Source: an uncultured Kiloniellales bacterium | GTDB taxonomy: Bacteria > Pseudomonadota > Alphaproteobacteria > Kiloniellales > JAKSDN01 | Assembly: GCA_947258885.1 (NCBI GenBank) | Contig: CAMYKD010000003.1 | Coordinates: 5,446-69,445, forward strand | Length of the DNA: 64,000 nt | Direction of reading: 5' to 3' | Part shown: positions 31,773-40,497 of the stretch, in pieces | How the letters are laid out: every line of letters starts with the position of its first letter | Numbering within the stretch: position 1 is the stretch's first letter | The notes under the pieces: generated by a model | What the model was told of the DNA's origin: nothing | Databases searched by the model: none | The model's input: the letters and a program-made list of their open reading frames with translations, nothing else | Made by a program: the position numbers and the translations under genes

Positions 31773-32930
31773 ATGGAACAGGCCGTGCAAATCGATCAGC
31801 CGGAGAGCTTCATCGATCTGAGTCGGGCATCGGCGGAATTCGACCTCGCCAAATGGATGATGGCGGTCAAGCGTACGCACGCCAAAGGGTATTTCGGCCA
31901 GATGTTCGACGTCCGGAAGGTGAAGCGCGGCCCGGGCAAGATCATCGCGCTGGAGTACTACATCTTCAGGCTCTACGACGACTCGCTCTTCGACCACAAG
32001 GCCAAGCTCGAGTTCTGCGGCGAGGCGGGGCGGCCGTCGGTCTACACGATGTGCAACGACCGTGCCTGGGCCGAGATCGAGCAAGATAAGCTGGCCAGCG
32101 CCGACCTCCTGGCCAAGCGGGACTTCCCGATGCCCGAGACTTTCGCGCTGTTCCATCCCGACCGTTCGGCCGAAGGCCTGCGCAGCCTGGCCAAGCCGTC
32201 GGACTGCGTGGATTACCTGCGGAACGGCGCGCCCTACCCCTTCTTCGGCAAGCCGCTGGATGCCTGCGAGAGTGTCGGCGTGGTCTCCGTCCAGGGCTAT
32301 GACGCCGCCGCGGACTGCCTGGCACTCAAGTGCGGGCGCCAGGTGCCGGTCGACGATTTCGTGGAAAAGATCGGGCATTTCCAAAGCGGCGGGTACATCT
32401 TCCAGAAACGTCTGGAACCCAGCCCGGCGATGGCGGCGCTGGTCGGCGACCGGCTCTCCTCGGTGCGTCTCATGGTGCAGTTGAAGGAAAGCGGTCCAGA
32501 GTTGTTCCGCCCGGTCTGGAAGATCCCGGTCGGCGACAACGTGGCCGACAACGTCTGGCGGGACGGCAATCTGTTGGCCGCCATAGACCCCGCGACCGGT
32601 GCGGCCAAGCGGGTCATCATCGGCCTCGGGCCCGACGAGGTCGAGGTCGAGAGCCATCCCGACACCGGCGAAAGGCTCGCGGGTGCGGTCATACCGGAGT
32701 GGCAGGCCATGACCGAGCTCTGCCTGGAGGCCGCGCGGCATTTTCCCGGGCTGCGCCTTCAGGCCTGGGACGTCGCCGCTACGTCCAGGGGGCCGGTGAT
32801 CCTGGAGATCAACGGCGCCGGCGACCTCTCGATGACGCAGCGCGCCGAGGGCCGCGGCGTCCTGAACACCGAGTTCCTCAGGTTCCTCGGCACCTGCCGC
32901 GACGCGAAGCAGGCGGCCGGCGTGGAGTAG
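31773..32930 (+). CDS. ATP-grasp enzyme, sugar-transfer-associated type (ATPgrasp_ST-like amidoligase)
   Basis: 385 aa. The family-like N-terminal region reads YYIFRLYDDSLFDHKAKLEFCGE. It also shows FFGKPLDACESVGV, YIFQKRLEPSPAM and the C-terminal LQAWDVAATSRGPVILEINGAGDL. This matches my recollection of PF14397-type proteins. Confidence 0.7.
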   Translation: MEQAVQIDQPESFIDLSRASAEFDLAKWMMAVKRTHAKGYFGQMFDVRKVKRGPGKIIALEYYIFRLYDDSLFDHKAKLEFCGEAGRPSVYTMCNDRAWAEIEQDKLASADLLAKRDFPMPETFALFHPDRSAEGLRSLAKPSDCVDYLRNGAPYPFFGKPLDACESVGVVSVQGYDAAADCLALKCGRQVPVDDFVEKIGHFQSGGYIFQKRLEPSPAMAALVGDRLSSVRLMVQLKESGPELFRPVWKIPVGDNVADNVWRDGNLLAAIDPATGAAKRVIIGLGPDEVEVESHPDTGERLAGAVIPEWQAMTELCLEAARHFPGLRLQAWDVAATSRGPVILEINGAGDLSMTQRAEGRGVLNTEFLRFLGTCRDAKQAAGVE

Positions 32931-32941
32931 AGCGCGGCGCC

Positions 32942-33012
32942 GAAGCCCGCCGGCGCCGGCGTCCTCGAGGGCGGCCTTGCATCGGCCACCCGGCGGGCTT
33001 CCGCCTTATTTT
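32942..33012 (+). terminator. Long-stem hairpin plus T-run after the ATP-grasp gene
   Basis: GAAGCCCGCCGG (32942-32953) pairs with CCGGCGGGCTTC (32990-33001). It is followed by cgccTTATTTTcc. Confidence 0.4.
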
Positions 33013-33053
33013 CCTTCCGCCTGATTTCCCCCTTCGGTTGGAACAATATCTGT

Positions 33054-33091
33054 TTGACACGTTTTCATATTTTGATAATTTCACAAATATG
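33054..33091 (+). promoter_or_regulatory. Putative ars promoter/operator; possible leaderless arsR start
   Basis: TTGACA (33054-33059), a 16-nt spacer, then TAATTT (33076-33081). The arsR ATG at 33089 lies 7 nt after the -10 with no Shine-Dalgarno. The inverted repeat CATATTT (33066-33072) / AAATATG (33085-33091) straddles the -10 and the start codon. Confidence 0.4.
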
Positions 33092-33433
33092 GAAACGAAT
33101 GGCGCCTTGCAGGCACTTGGCGCGCTGGCCCAGGAGACCCGCCTGGAGGTCTTCAGGCTCCTGGTACGGACCGGGGCGCTCGGATTGCCGGCCGGCACGA
33201 TCGCCGAGCGGATCGGGGTTCAGCCCGCCACCCTGTCGTTCCACCTGAAGGAGCTCGAGCGCGCCGGCCTGCTGAGCGCGCGGCGCGAGAGCCGGCAGAT
33301 CTACTATGCGCCGGATGTCGAGGGCATGCGCGATCTGCTCGCCTTCCTGACCGAGGACTGCTGCGGCGGGCACCCCGAGATCTGCGCGCCGCTTGCGGCC
33401 GCCGGCCGCCCGGCGCAGGACAAGGCGCCATGA
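33089..33433 (+). CDS. arsR: ArsR/SmtB-family metalloregulator
   Basis: METNGALQALGALAQETRLEVFRLLV...LPAGTIAERIGVQPATLSFHLKELERAGLL is a winged HTH. The C-terminal Cys cluster is EDCCGGHPEIC. It is the first gene of an ars operon. Confidence 0.85.
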   Translation: METNGALQALGALAQETRLEVFRLLVRTGALGLPAGTIAERIGVQPATLSFHLKELERAGLLSARRESRQIYYAPDVEGMRDLLAFLTEDCCGGHPEICAPLAAAGRPAQDKAP

Positions 33434-33942
33434 GTATGAAGACTTGCAACGTCTTGTTCCTCTGCACCGGCAACTCCTGCCGCAGCATCCTGGCCGAATG
33501 CCTCCTGAACCGCGTGGGCGAAGGCCGCTTCCGAGGCTTCTCGGCGGGCAGCCGTCCGGCCGGTGCGGTCCATCCCCGGGCGCTCGCCCTGCTTGCGCGG
33601 CGCGGCCATCCGACCGGCGGCCTGCGCTCCAAGGACTGGGGCGAGTTCGCGGCCGAAGGCGCGCCGGTCATGGACGCCGTCATAACCGTTTGCGACAACG
33701 CGGCCGGCGAAGTCTGCCCGGTCTGGCCCGGCCGGCCGGCGAACGCCCATTGGGGTTTCCCCGATCCCGCCGCCTTCCGGGGCAGCGAGGCCGAGGTCGA
33801 GGTGTTCTTCGCCGAGGTCTACGCTCGGATCGAAGACCTGATCTCGCGTTTCGTGAACTCGTCGCCAGAGGTGCCCGGCCGGCTGGACCTGCAGAGGCGG
33901 CTGGATGAACTCGGCAAGACCGCAGCGGAGACAGGTACATGA
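33430..33942 (+). CDS. arsC: Arsenate reductase, LMW-PTPase (thioredoxin-coupled) type
   Basis: 170 aa. The P-loop is VLFLCTGNSCRSILAE (CX5R), with downstream Cys residues in VCDNAAGEVCPVWPG. The start overlaps the arsR stop (ATGA). Confidence 0.85.
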   Translation: MSMKTCNVLFLCTGNSCRSILAECLLNRVGEGRFRGFSAGSRPAGAVHPRALALLARRGHPTGGLRSKDWGEFAAEGAPVMDAVITVCDNAAGEVCPVWPGRPANAHWGFPDPAAFRGSEAEVEVFFAEVYARIEDLISRFVNSSPEVPGRLDLQRRLDELGKTAAETGT

Positions 33943-35045
33943 CGATGACCGCCAAGGCAGACGAAAAGGTGGACAAGGCAAAGACGATGGGCCTGTTCGA
34001 GCGCTACCTGACCCTCTGGGTGGCGCTCTGCATCGTCGTCGGGATCGCGCTCGGCCATGTCTGGCCAGGGCTCTTCCAGGGGATCGCCAAGCTCGAGCTC
34101 GCCCGGGTCAACCTGCCCGTCGCGGCGCTGATCTGGCTGATGATCGTGCCCATGCTGCTCAAGGTGGATTTCGCGGCGATGGGGCAGGTGCGCGCGCACT
34201 GGAAAGGGATCGGCGTCACCTTGTTCATCAACTGGGCGGTCAAGCCGTTTTCCATGGCCGCGCTGGCCTGGCTCTTCGTCGGCCACCTTTTCGCGCCGTT
34301 CCTACCGGCCGGACAGATTCCCTCCTATATCGCCGGGCTGATCATCCTGGCGGCAGCGCCCTGCACGGCCATGGTCTTCGTCTGGAGCCACCTGTCCGAT
34401 GGCGAGCCGCACTTCACGCTCAGCCAGGTCGCGCTCAACGACACCATCATGGTCTTCGCCTTCGCGCCCATCGTGGGTCTTCTGCTGGGCCTGTCCTCGA
34501 TCACCGTGCCCTGGGAGACCTTGCTGCTTTCGGTGGTGCTCTACATCGTCGTCCCGGTGATCGTCGCGCAGCTCTGGCGCCGGGCCCTGCTCGGGCGCGG
34601 CGGGGACGCGGCCTTGCAGAGGGCCCTCAAGGCCCTGCATCCCTTGTCCCTCGGCGCGCTGCTGGCGACCCTCGTCCTGCTGTTCGGGTTCCAGGGCGAG
34701 CAGATCATTGCCCAGCCGTTGGTCATCCTGCTGCTCGCCGTGCCCATCCTGGTCCAGGTCTACTTCAATTCGGGCCTGGCCTACCTGCTCAACAGGACCT
34801 TCGGCGTCGCCCATTGCGTGGCCGGGCCCTCGGCGCTGATCGGCGCGAGCAATTTCTTCGAGCTCGCCGTGGCGACGGCGATCAGCCTGTTCGGCTTCCA
34901 GTCGGGCGCGGCGCTCGCAACCGTCGTGGGCGTGCTGATCGAGGTGCCGGTAATGCTGTCGGTGGTCCGCATCGTCGGCGCGACGCGCGGCTGGTACGAG
35001 CGGGCGCCCGCCGTGGCGCGGGCGGGCAAGGCAGCGGCGCCGTGA
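33939..35045 (+). CDS. acr3: Arsenite efflux permease ACR3
   Basis: 368 aa. LFERYLTLWVALCIVVGIALG...LIWLMIVPMLLKVDF...LIILAAAPCTAMVFVWS are ACR3-family motifs. The start overlaps the arsC stop; an internal Met at MGLFERY is an alternative start. Confidence 0.85.
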   Translation: MTMTAKADEKVDKAKTMGLFERYLTLWVALCIVVGIALGHVWPGLFQGIAKLELARVNLPVAALIWLMIVPMLLKVDFAAMGQVRAHWKGIGVTLFINWAVKPFSMAALAWLFVGHLFAPFLPAGQIPSYIAGLIILAAAPCTAMVFVWSHLSDGEPHFTLSQVALNDTIMVFAFAPIVGLLLGLSSITVPWETLLLSVVLYIVVPVIVAQLWRRALLGRGGDAALQRALKALHPLSLGALLATLVLLFGFQGEQIIAQPLVILLLAVPILVQVYFNSGLAYLLNRTFGVAHCVAGPSALIGASNFFELAVATAISLFGFQSGAALATVVGVLIEVPVMLSVVRIVGATRGWYERAPAVARAGKAAAP

Positions 35046-35165
35046 CGCGCCGTCGGGGGCATGAAAAGCGGCCCCGACAAACCGAACCGGCCGCCGCCGC
35101 GGTTAGCGGCGAAGCGGCCGGCTGGTAAGCCCGCTGCCGGCTGTGGCGGCGGGACGCCGGGTGTC

Positions 35166-36014
35166 CTACCGGGCGAACTCGATCTGGACCCGCCGGTTTT
35201 GCTGCTCCCGCCGGCCGTCGGGGGTCTGCACCGGCGCCCGGTCCTCGCCATAGCTGGCCGAGACGACCTTGGATTTCTCGACCCCGCTGCCGAGCAGGTA
35301 CGACACCACGGCATCGACGCGCCGTTTCGCCAGTTTGGAGTTATAGGCGCTGCTCCCGGAGCGGTCGGTATAGCCGGTGCTGACGATCCTCGAGAACTTC
35401 GCCGTGCCGGCGTTGCGCACGACTTCGGCCAGGACGGCTTTCGCCTCGGGTGTCAGCTCGGCCTTGTCGAACTCGAAAAACACGGCGTATGGCCCCGGCA
35501 CGGCAGGCTCGGTCACCGCCTCCGCAACGGTCTTCGCCGGCACGTTTTCGAGTTCGGCGATCGCGTCGATGAACCCGCCGCGGCAGGCGGCGATGTCCGC
35601 CGGCTGGAAGTTCTCTTCCTGCTCCTGCATCCAGCAGTCGAACATGACCTGGGCCTTGGCGGCCTCCGCCGGCTTGCCCGCGGCCGCGGGGCCGTTCAGC
35701 GCGGCCGTCAGGCGCCGGCGGGCCGTGGTCAGTTCGCCCGCCTTGTCCGCGGGCAGGGCGCGCAGATCGATTTCCTCTGGTTCGACCGCCTGGCCGGTTC
35801 CGGCGCGCATGGCACGCTCGGCGAAGGCGTCCGAATCGCGATAGTCGCCCTCGCCGTACTCGGAGCTCGAGACCTCGAGATAGCCCTGATAGAGGTTCTT
35901 GTCGAAAGCCGTACCCTGGGGCGTCAGGCCCTGGGCCTGCTCGAGCTGCGTACCGCAACCGGCGAGGAGCAGAATGCCCACGCAGGGCAGGGTCAGTTTG
36001 CTAAGTCCGTTCAT
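35166..36014 (-). CDS. OmpA-family lipoprotein (C-terminal peptidoglycan-binding domain)
   Basis: The start MNGLSKLTLPCVGILLLAGCGTQ carries a lipobox LLAGC. The C-terminal domain FFEFDKAELTPEAKAVL...STGYTDRSGSSAYNSKLAKRRVDAV...NRRVQIEF is OmpA_C-like. Confidence 0.85.
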   Translation of the reverse strand: MNGLSKLTLPCVGILLLAGCGTQLEQAQGLTPQGTAFDKNLYQGYLEVSSSEYGEGDYRDSDAFAERAMRAGTGQAVEPEEIDLRALPADKAGELTTARRRLTAALNGPAAAGKPAEAAKAQVMFDCWMQEQEENFQPADIAACRGGFIDAIAELENVPAKTVAEAVTEPAVPGPYAVFFEFDKAELTPEAKAVLAEVVRNAGTAKFSRIVSTGYTDRSGSSAYNSKLAKRRVDAVVSYLLGSGVEKSKVVSASYGEDRAPVQTPDGRREQQNRRVQIEFAR

Positions 36015-36087
36015 ATCGCTCTCCTGTTTCTTGGGAAAAGTGAATCGCCTGCAATCTCGTTGTTGGATCCCGGTTCGGGACCTTTGA

Positions 36088-36942
36088 TCACTCGGCGGCG
36101 GCGCCCAACAGCTCCAAGGACTGGGCCTTGGCGATGTGCACCGTTCGTTGCGGATAGGGAATCGAGATGCCCTCCGCATCCAGCCGCTCCTTCAGACCCT
36201 TGGTCAGGTCGAACTTCAGCGGCCAGTAGTCGCCCGAGTTGCACCAGACGCGAACGGTCAGGTTGACCGAGTTGTCGGCAAGCTCGGCCACGGCGACCAT
36301 CGGCTCGGGATCGGCAAGGACACGCCGATCGGCGCCGACCAAGCCGCGAATCGCGGTCATGGCCGCATCGATGCTGTCCTCGTAGCCGATGCCCATTACG
36401 AGGTCGACCCGGCGGGTCGCGTGGTGGCTATAGTTCTTTACCGCCGTGTTCCAAACCTGGCCGTTCGGGACGATGATCTGGACGTTGTCGGGCGTGCCGA
36501 GTTCGGTCACGAAAAGCGAAATCGCCTTGACGGTTCCCGCCAGGCCGCCCGCCTCGATGTAGTCGCCGACCTTGAACGGGCGGAACAGAAGCAGCATGAC
36601 GCCCGCGGCGACGTTGCTGAGCGTCCCCTGCAGGGCCAGGCCGACGGCGAGGCCGGCCGCGCCGAGCACGGCGATCAGGCTTGCGGTCTGGACACCGAAC
36701 TGATTGAGAACCGCCAGCACGGTGAAGATGACGACCAGGTATTTCGCGAGGCTCGCGAAGAACCCGCGCAGCGTCGCGTCGAACTTCTGGATCTTGCCGA
36801 GCGTCTTGTCGACCGCGCGACGCGCCCAACCCGCGAGGGTCCAGCCGATCACCAGGATCACGATCGCGCCCACCACGTCCAGTCCGTAGGTGGTGAGCAG
36901 CGATGCGACTTGGTTCAAGATTTCCTCGATATTCGCTTGCAT
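36088..36942 (-). CDS. mscS: Small-conductance mechanosensitive channel (MscS family)
   Basis: 284 aa with three TM helices. The sequence reads LGAAGLAVGLALQGTLSNVAAGVMLLLFRPFKVGDYIEAGGLAGTVKAISLFVTELGTPDN..IIVPNGQV. Confidence 0.85.
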   Translation of the reverse strand: MQANIEEILNQVASLLTTYGLDVVGAIVILVIGWTLAGWARRAVDKTLGKIQKFDATLRGFFASLAKYLVVIFTVLAVLNQFGVQTASLIAVLGAAGLAVGLALQGTLSNVAAGVMLLLFRPFKVGDYIEAGGLAGTVKAISLFVTELGTPDNVQIIVPNGQVWNTAVKNYSHHATRRVDLVMGIGYEDSIDAAMTAIRGLVGADRRVLADPEPMVAVAELADNSVNLTVRVWCNSGDYWPLKFDLTKGLKERLDAEGISIPYPQRTVHIAKAQSLELLGAAAE

Positions 36943-37032
36943 GACCTAGCTCCATTTCGAAAGGTTTTCTTGGTTCTTCGTGCTCCTGCCGCCCGGGTCT
37001 CGCCGTCGCCGGCACGCTGGGCTGAACGGATC

Positions 37033-37512
37033 TCACCGGTCCTGGCGGCGCGCCGGGCGCGGCTTCGCCGGTCCCATTGCGGCGGCGAATTTCGTAGGGT
37101 CGCTGAAGACCGTCCGCAGCGCGTCGCGCGACGAGGCGAGCGTCCGGTACAGGACGGGGTCGCCCTTTCGCACCAGCTTGAGCGTCCGTCCCATGAGGCG
37201 CTCGAAGCGCGCCATCAGCGCCTCGAGGCCGTGGTCGCTCCGGCCCAAGTGATGGAGGTTGAAATCCTCGAGCAGCCTGTCGAGCTCCGCCTTCAGGGCG
37301 AGCTTTGTGAAGAGGCCCACCGAGTCGGTCTTTCTGAGGCGCAGCTTGAGAGACTTGAGATTGAGTTCTTCGCTCGGCGCCTCGGCATAAGCCACGGCGA
37401 ACTGGTTTTGCCACAGGGGGTGGCCTGCCAGGGCCCGGTCCGCCAAGCCGGCCATCGTCGAAATCGTGACTGCGATAACGAGGACCGCGTATCCCTGTGC
37501 GGCGGTTTTCAT
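37033..37512 (-). CDS. Hypothetical secreted protein (159 aa)
   Basis: The start MKTAAQGYAVLVIAVTISTMAGLADRALA is a signal peptide. The rest is helical and charged. I recognise no family. The upstream part of the track ORF is probably not translated. Confidence 0.5.
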   Translation of the reverse strand: MKTAAQGYAVLVIAVTISTMAGLADRALAGHPLWQNQFAVAYAEAPSEELNLKSLKLRLRKTDSVGLFTKLALKAELDRLLEDFNLHHLGRSDHGLEALMARFERLMGRTLKLVRKGDPVLYRTLASSRDALRTVFSDPTKFAAAMGPAKPRPARRQDR

Positions 37513-37754
37513 GTAGCGGTCCCTTTCACATTCGCGTGTTCGTAGGAAGTGCGCGGGCCCGGCCGACCCTGGAATCGAGGGCTTGCTGGCGTGCGGCCCG
37601 CGCAATAAGCCTTACGAGAGCCGCCGCATCTGTGACGGCCGTCACAATCGGATCGATTCTAGCCAAATGCCGGACAGCGGCCGGTTGCGCCGGGGCTGCC
37701 CGGGCCGGCTCCCCCGGCGGGACAGGCCGGCACGAATCGGGTATCAAGGCGGCC

Positions 37755-38726
37755 ATGTCGACCAAGACCTCCCCGCCCGGTTCGAGAAACACTGCGGCGC
37801 CCGCAGTGGCGCCCCCGGTACCGCGCGTTTCGCCCACGGATCTCGCCGTCCTGTTCAGCCTTCCGCTGCTGTTCGCCGTCTCCTGGTTCTTGCCGGAGGG
37901 ACTATGGCGTCGGTTCTGCCGCGCCGGCGGCCCCCTGGCCGTGCCCATGCTGGCCGGCAACCGGGAGTCCGTCCTTGATGTGATCCGGCGGACACTGGGC
38001 GGGCAGGCGCCCGGCCGGTCTCCCGAAGCGATCCTGAGCGAGCTGGCCGGCGAGCAGATTCTGACGATTCTCCAGCTTCTCCGGGGCTACCGCCCGGGCG
38101 GTTGGAGGCCCGAGATCCGGCTGGCCGGCCTGGAGCACGTCGATGCGGCCCTGGGACGAGGCCACGGCGCGATCCTCTGGGTCGGCTTCTCGGTCTACGG
38201 CGACCTGGTCGCCAAGATGGCGTTTCACCAGGCGCGGCTGGCCGTCAGCCACTTGAGCCGCGCCAGCCACGGCTTTTCGGGGACCCGCTTCGGCATGCGC
38301 GTCCTGAACCCGATCCAGACCGCGGTCGAGGACCGCTATCTGGGCGAGCGCGTCCTGCTGTCGCCGACTGGCGCGACCGCGGCTTTGGAGGCCCTTGCGG
38401 CGCGTCTTGCCGACAACCGCGTCGTGACCTTCACGGTGCACCGGAACGCCAAGCGGCCGGTGGTCGTACCCTTCCTCGACGGCGAGATCTTTCTGGCGCC
38501 GGGGGCGCCGCTGCTGGCCCTCAAGACACAGGCGGCCCTGCTCCCGGTCTTCGCCTTCCGCAACGAGGCGGGCGTCCACACGGTGACAATAGAAGCGCCG
38601 CTCGAGGCGCCGCGGGACCTGCCGAAACAAGAGGTCACGCAGAGCGTCGGCCGGCAGTACGCCGCGCGGCTCGAGCCCTACGTCCTCGAGCACCCCGGCC
38701 AGTGGCGCGGCTGGCTGCACCTCTGA
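37755..38726 (+). CDS. Lysophospholipid/lipid A-type acyltransferase family protein (LpxL/HtrB-like fold)
   Basis: Start MSTKTSPPG inside track ORF 37497..38726, with an N-terminal hydrophobic segment LAVLFSLPLLFAVSWFL. GLEHVDAALGRGHGAILWVGFSVYGDL...FLAPGAPLLALKTQAALLPVFAFR...LEHPGQWRGW resembles late acyltransferases. A canonical HX4D was not clearly seen. Confidence 0.55.
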   Translation: MSTKTSPPGSRNTAAPAVAPPVPRVSPTDLAVLFSLPLLFAVSWFLPEGLWRRFCRAGGPLAVPMLAGNRESVLDVIRRTLGGQAPGRSPEAILSELAGEQILTILQLLRGYRPGGWRPEIRLAGLEHVDAALGRGHGAILWVGFSVYGDLVAKMAFHQARLAVSHLSRASHGFSGTRFGMRVLNPIQTAVEDRYLGERVLLSPTGATAALEALAARLADNRVVTFTVHRNAKRPVVVPFLDGEIFLAPGAPLLALKTQAALLPVFAFRNEAGVHTVTIEAPLEAPRDLPKQEVTQSVGRQYAARLEPYVLEHPGQWRGWLHL

Positions 38727-38732
38727 CGGTTC

Positions 38733-39716
38733 TCAGCGGCGCCCGCCCGAGGCCAGGCGCTTCCATAGCGAGCGGCCTTCGCCGTGCTGCCAGGCGACGA
38801 GGCCAGGCAGGCTGACCAGCAGCTCGCGGGCGCGCGTGGCGAGCGAAACCGCGAGCATGAACTCCGGCGACAGGCCCAAGAGGCCGCCCAGTACGACGTA
38901 GCCGCCTTCCTGGACACCCCAGCCGCCCGGCACGACGAAGGCGGCTCCGCGCAGGGCGCCGGTCAGGCTCTTCAGCATCAGCGCTTCCCAGAGCGTGATC
39001 GGAAAACCCATGAAATGGGCAGCCAACCAGACCTCGGCGGTCAGCGCGACGCGCGACAGGAGCCGGATGGCCGAGGCCAGGAGGATCCGCCCTGGCCGGC
39101 GGTAAAGCGCCCGGATCATCCCGTCCAGGTCGGCGGCGCCGGCGGCCATGCCCTCGGACGCGCGCGCCTTGCCGAAGAGCCGCGCGAGGAACCCGAAGGT
39201 GCCGGCATGCTGGACGTAGATGAAGCCGCCGACGCCGGCGGCGAGCAGGGCGGAGGCGATCAGCGCCCCGGTGACGAGCACCCCATCGGCCTCGATGCCG
39301 ACCAGGACCGCGATGCCGATCAGGCCCCAGAGGACCAGCGAGATCGCCTGCACGGTCTTGTCGACGACGACCGAGGCGCCGGCATCCGTGCCGCCCACCC
39401 CCGCCTGCATCACCGCGCGGACCTTGACCACCTCGCCGCCCAGGCTGGCCAGCGGCAGCAGCATGTCGACCGACAGGCCCATCCACATGGCGCGCAGGGC
39501 CGCGGCGAATCCGGGCGCGTGGCCGGGTCGGAACAGCAGGCTCCACGACCAGGCCGCGAAGACCAGATGGGGCAGGAAGGCGAGCGGCAGCAAGAGAAGG
39601 CCTGCGCCCAGCGACACCAGGGCGGCGCCGATCGTCCCGAAGCCCTGCCACGCCACCAGGAGGGTGGCGGCGGCCAGCCCGGCGAGCAACCCGATCGCGG
39701 TCACGATCTTCATCAT
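38733..39716 (-). CDS. Flippase-like / lysylphosphatidylglycerol-synthase-TM-region family membrane protein (HpnL-like)
   Basis: Start MMKIVTAIGLLAG, about 8 TM helices. GGEVVKVRAV and VVDKTVQAISLVLWGLIG are typical of the UPF0104/PF03706 family. It converges on the acyltransferase gene with a 6-bp gap. Confidence 0.6.
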   Translation of the reverse strand: MMKIVTAIGLLAGLAAATLLVAWQGFGTIGAALVSLGAGLLLLPLAFLPHLVFAAWSWSLLFRPGHAPGFAAALRAMWMGLSVDMLLPLASLGGEVVKVRAVMQAGVGGTDAGASVVVDKTVQAISLVLWGLIGIAVLVGIEADGVLVTGALIASALLAAGVGGFIYVQHAGTFGFLARLFGKARASEGMAAGAADLDGMIRALYRRPGRILLASAIRLLSRVALTAEVWLAAHFMGFPITLWEALMLKSLTGALRGAAFVVPGGWGVQEGGYVVLGGLLGLSPEFMLAVSLATRARELLVSLPGLVAWQHGEGRSLWKRLASGGRR

Positions 39717-39865
39717 GGCGCGCGCAGTGGACCCGGAAACGCAGGCTGTCGCAAGATGTATGGCCGATCGAGCGCCCGGGCCCGGCCGCCGGTCTCGGCA
39801 CAAAGGGCCCTGCCTCTTCGCCGCCACCTGTGGCAAGCTGCGCGGCGAAGATAGGAGGCCCCGGC

Positions 39866-40495
39866 ATGTACAAGCTCTATTGGGCGGCCGGCACGGCCGC
39901 TCTGGCCCCGCAGGCGGTCCTCGAGGAGGCCGGCGCGCCCTACGAGATAGTGGCGCTGGACCTCCAAAGGCAGGAGCACCGCCGGCCCGAGTACCTGGCG
40001 CTCAACCCGGCGGGCCTCGTGCCGACGCTGGTGACCGACGACGGCCAGGTGCTGACGGAATCGGCCGCCATCACGGTGGCCCTCTGCGAGCGCCATGCCG
40101 AGACCCGCCTGATGCCGGAGCCGGGCGACCACGATCGCGGCATTTTCTTCTGTTGGCTGTTCTATTTAACCAGCGAGATCCAGAAGGCCTACAAGCCCTA
40201 CTATTATCCCCAACGCTTCTCCATCTGGCCGGCTGATGCGCCGAACATCAAGGCGCAGGCGCGGCGGCACTTGATCGACCGTTGGCGGATCGTCGAAAGC
40301 CGTTTGGCTGATCCCGGCCCCTTCCTGCTCGGCCCGCAGTTCACCGCCGCCGACATCTATCTCGTCATGCTGGCGACTTGGTTCGAACCGAAAGAGGAGC
40401 TCTTGGCGATGTGCCCCAACATAAAGCGGGGATTCGATCTGGCCGCCGAACGCCCGGCCCTGCGCCGCACGCTGGAAGCAAACGGAGAGCTGTGA
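39866..40495 (+). CDS. Glutathione S-transferase
   Basis: MYKLYWAAGTAALAPQAVLEEAGAPYEIVALDL...PEYLALNPAGLVPTLV.DDGQVLTESAAI is a GST N-domain. It is followed by a helical C-domain. Confidence 0.8.
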   Translation: MYKLYWAAGTAALAPQAVLEEAGAPYEIVALDLQRQEHRRPEYLALNPAGLVPTLVTDDGQVLTESAAITVALCERHAETRLMPEPGDHDRGIFFCWLFYLTSEIQKAYKPYYYPQRFSIWPADAPNIKAQARRHLIDRWRIVESRLADPGPFLLGPQFTAADIYLVMLATWFEPKEELLAMCPNIKRGFDLAAERPALRRTLEANGEL

Positions 40496-40497
40496 CC

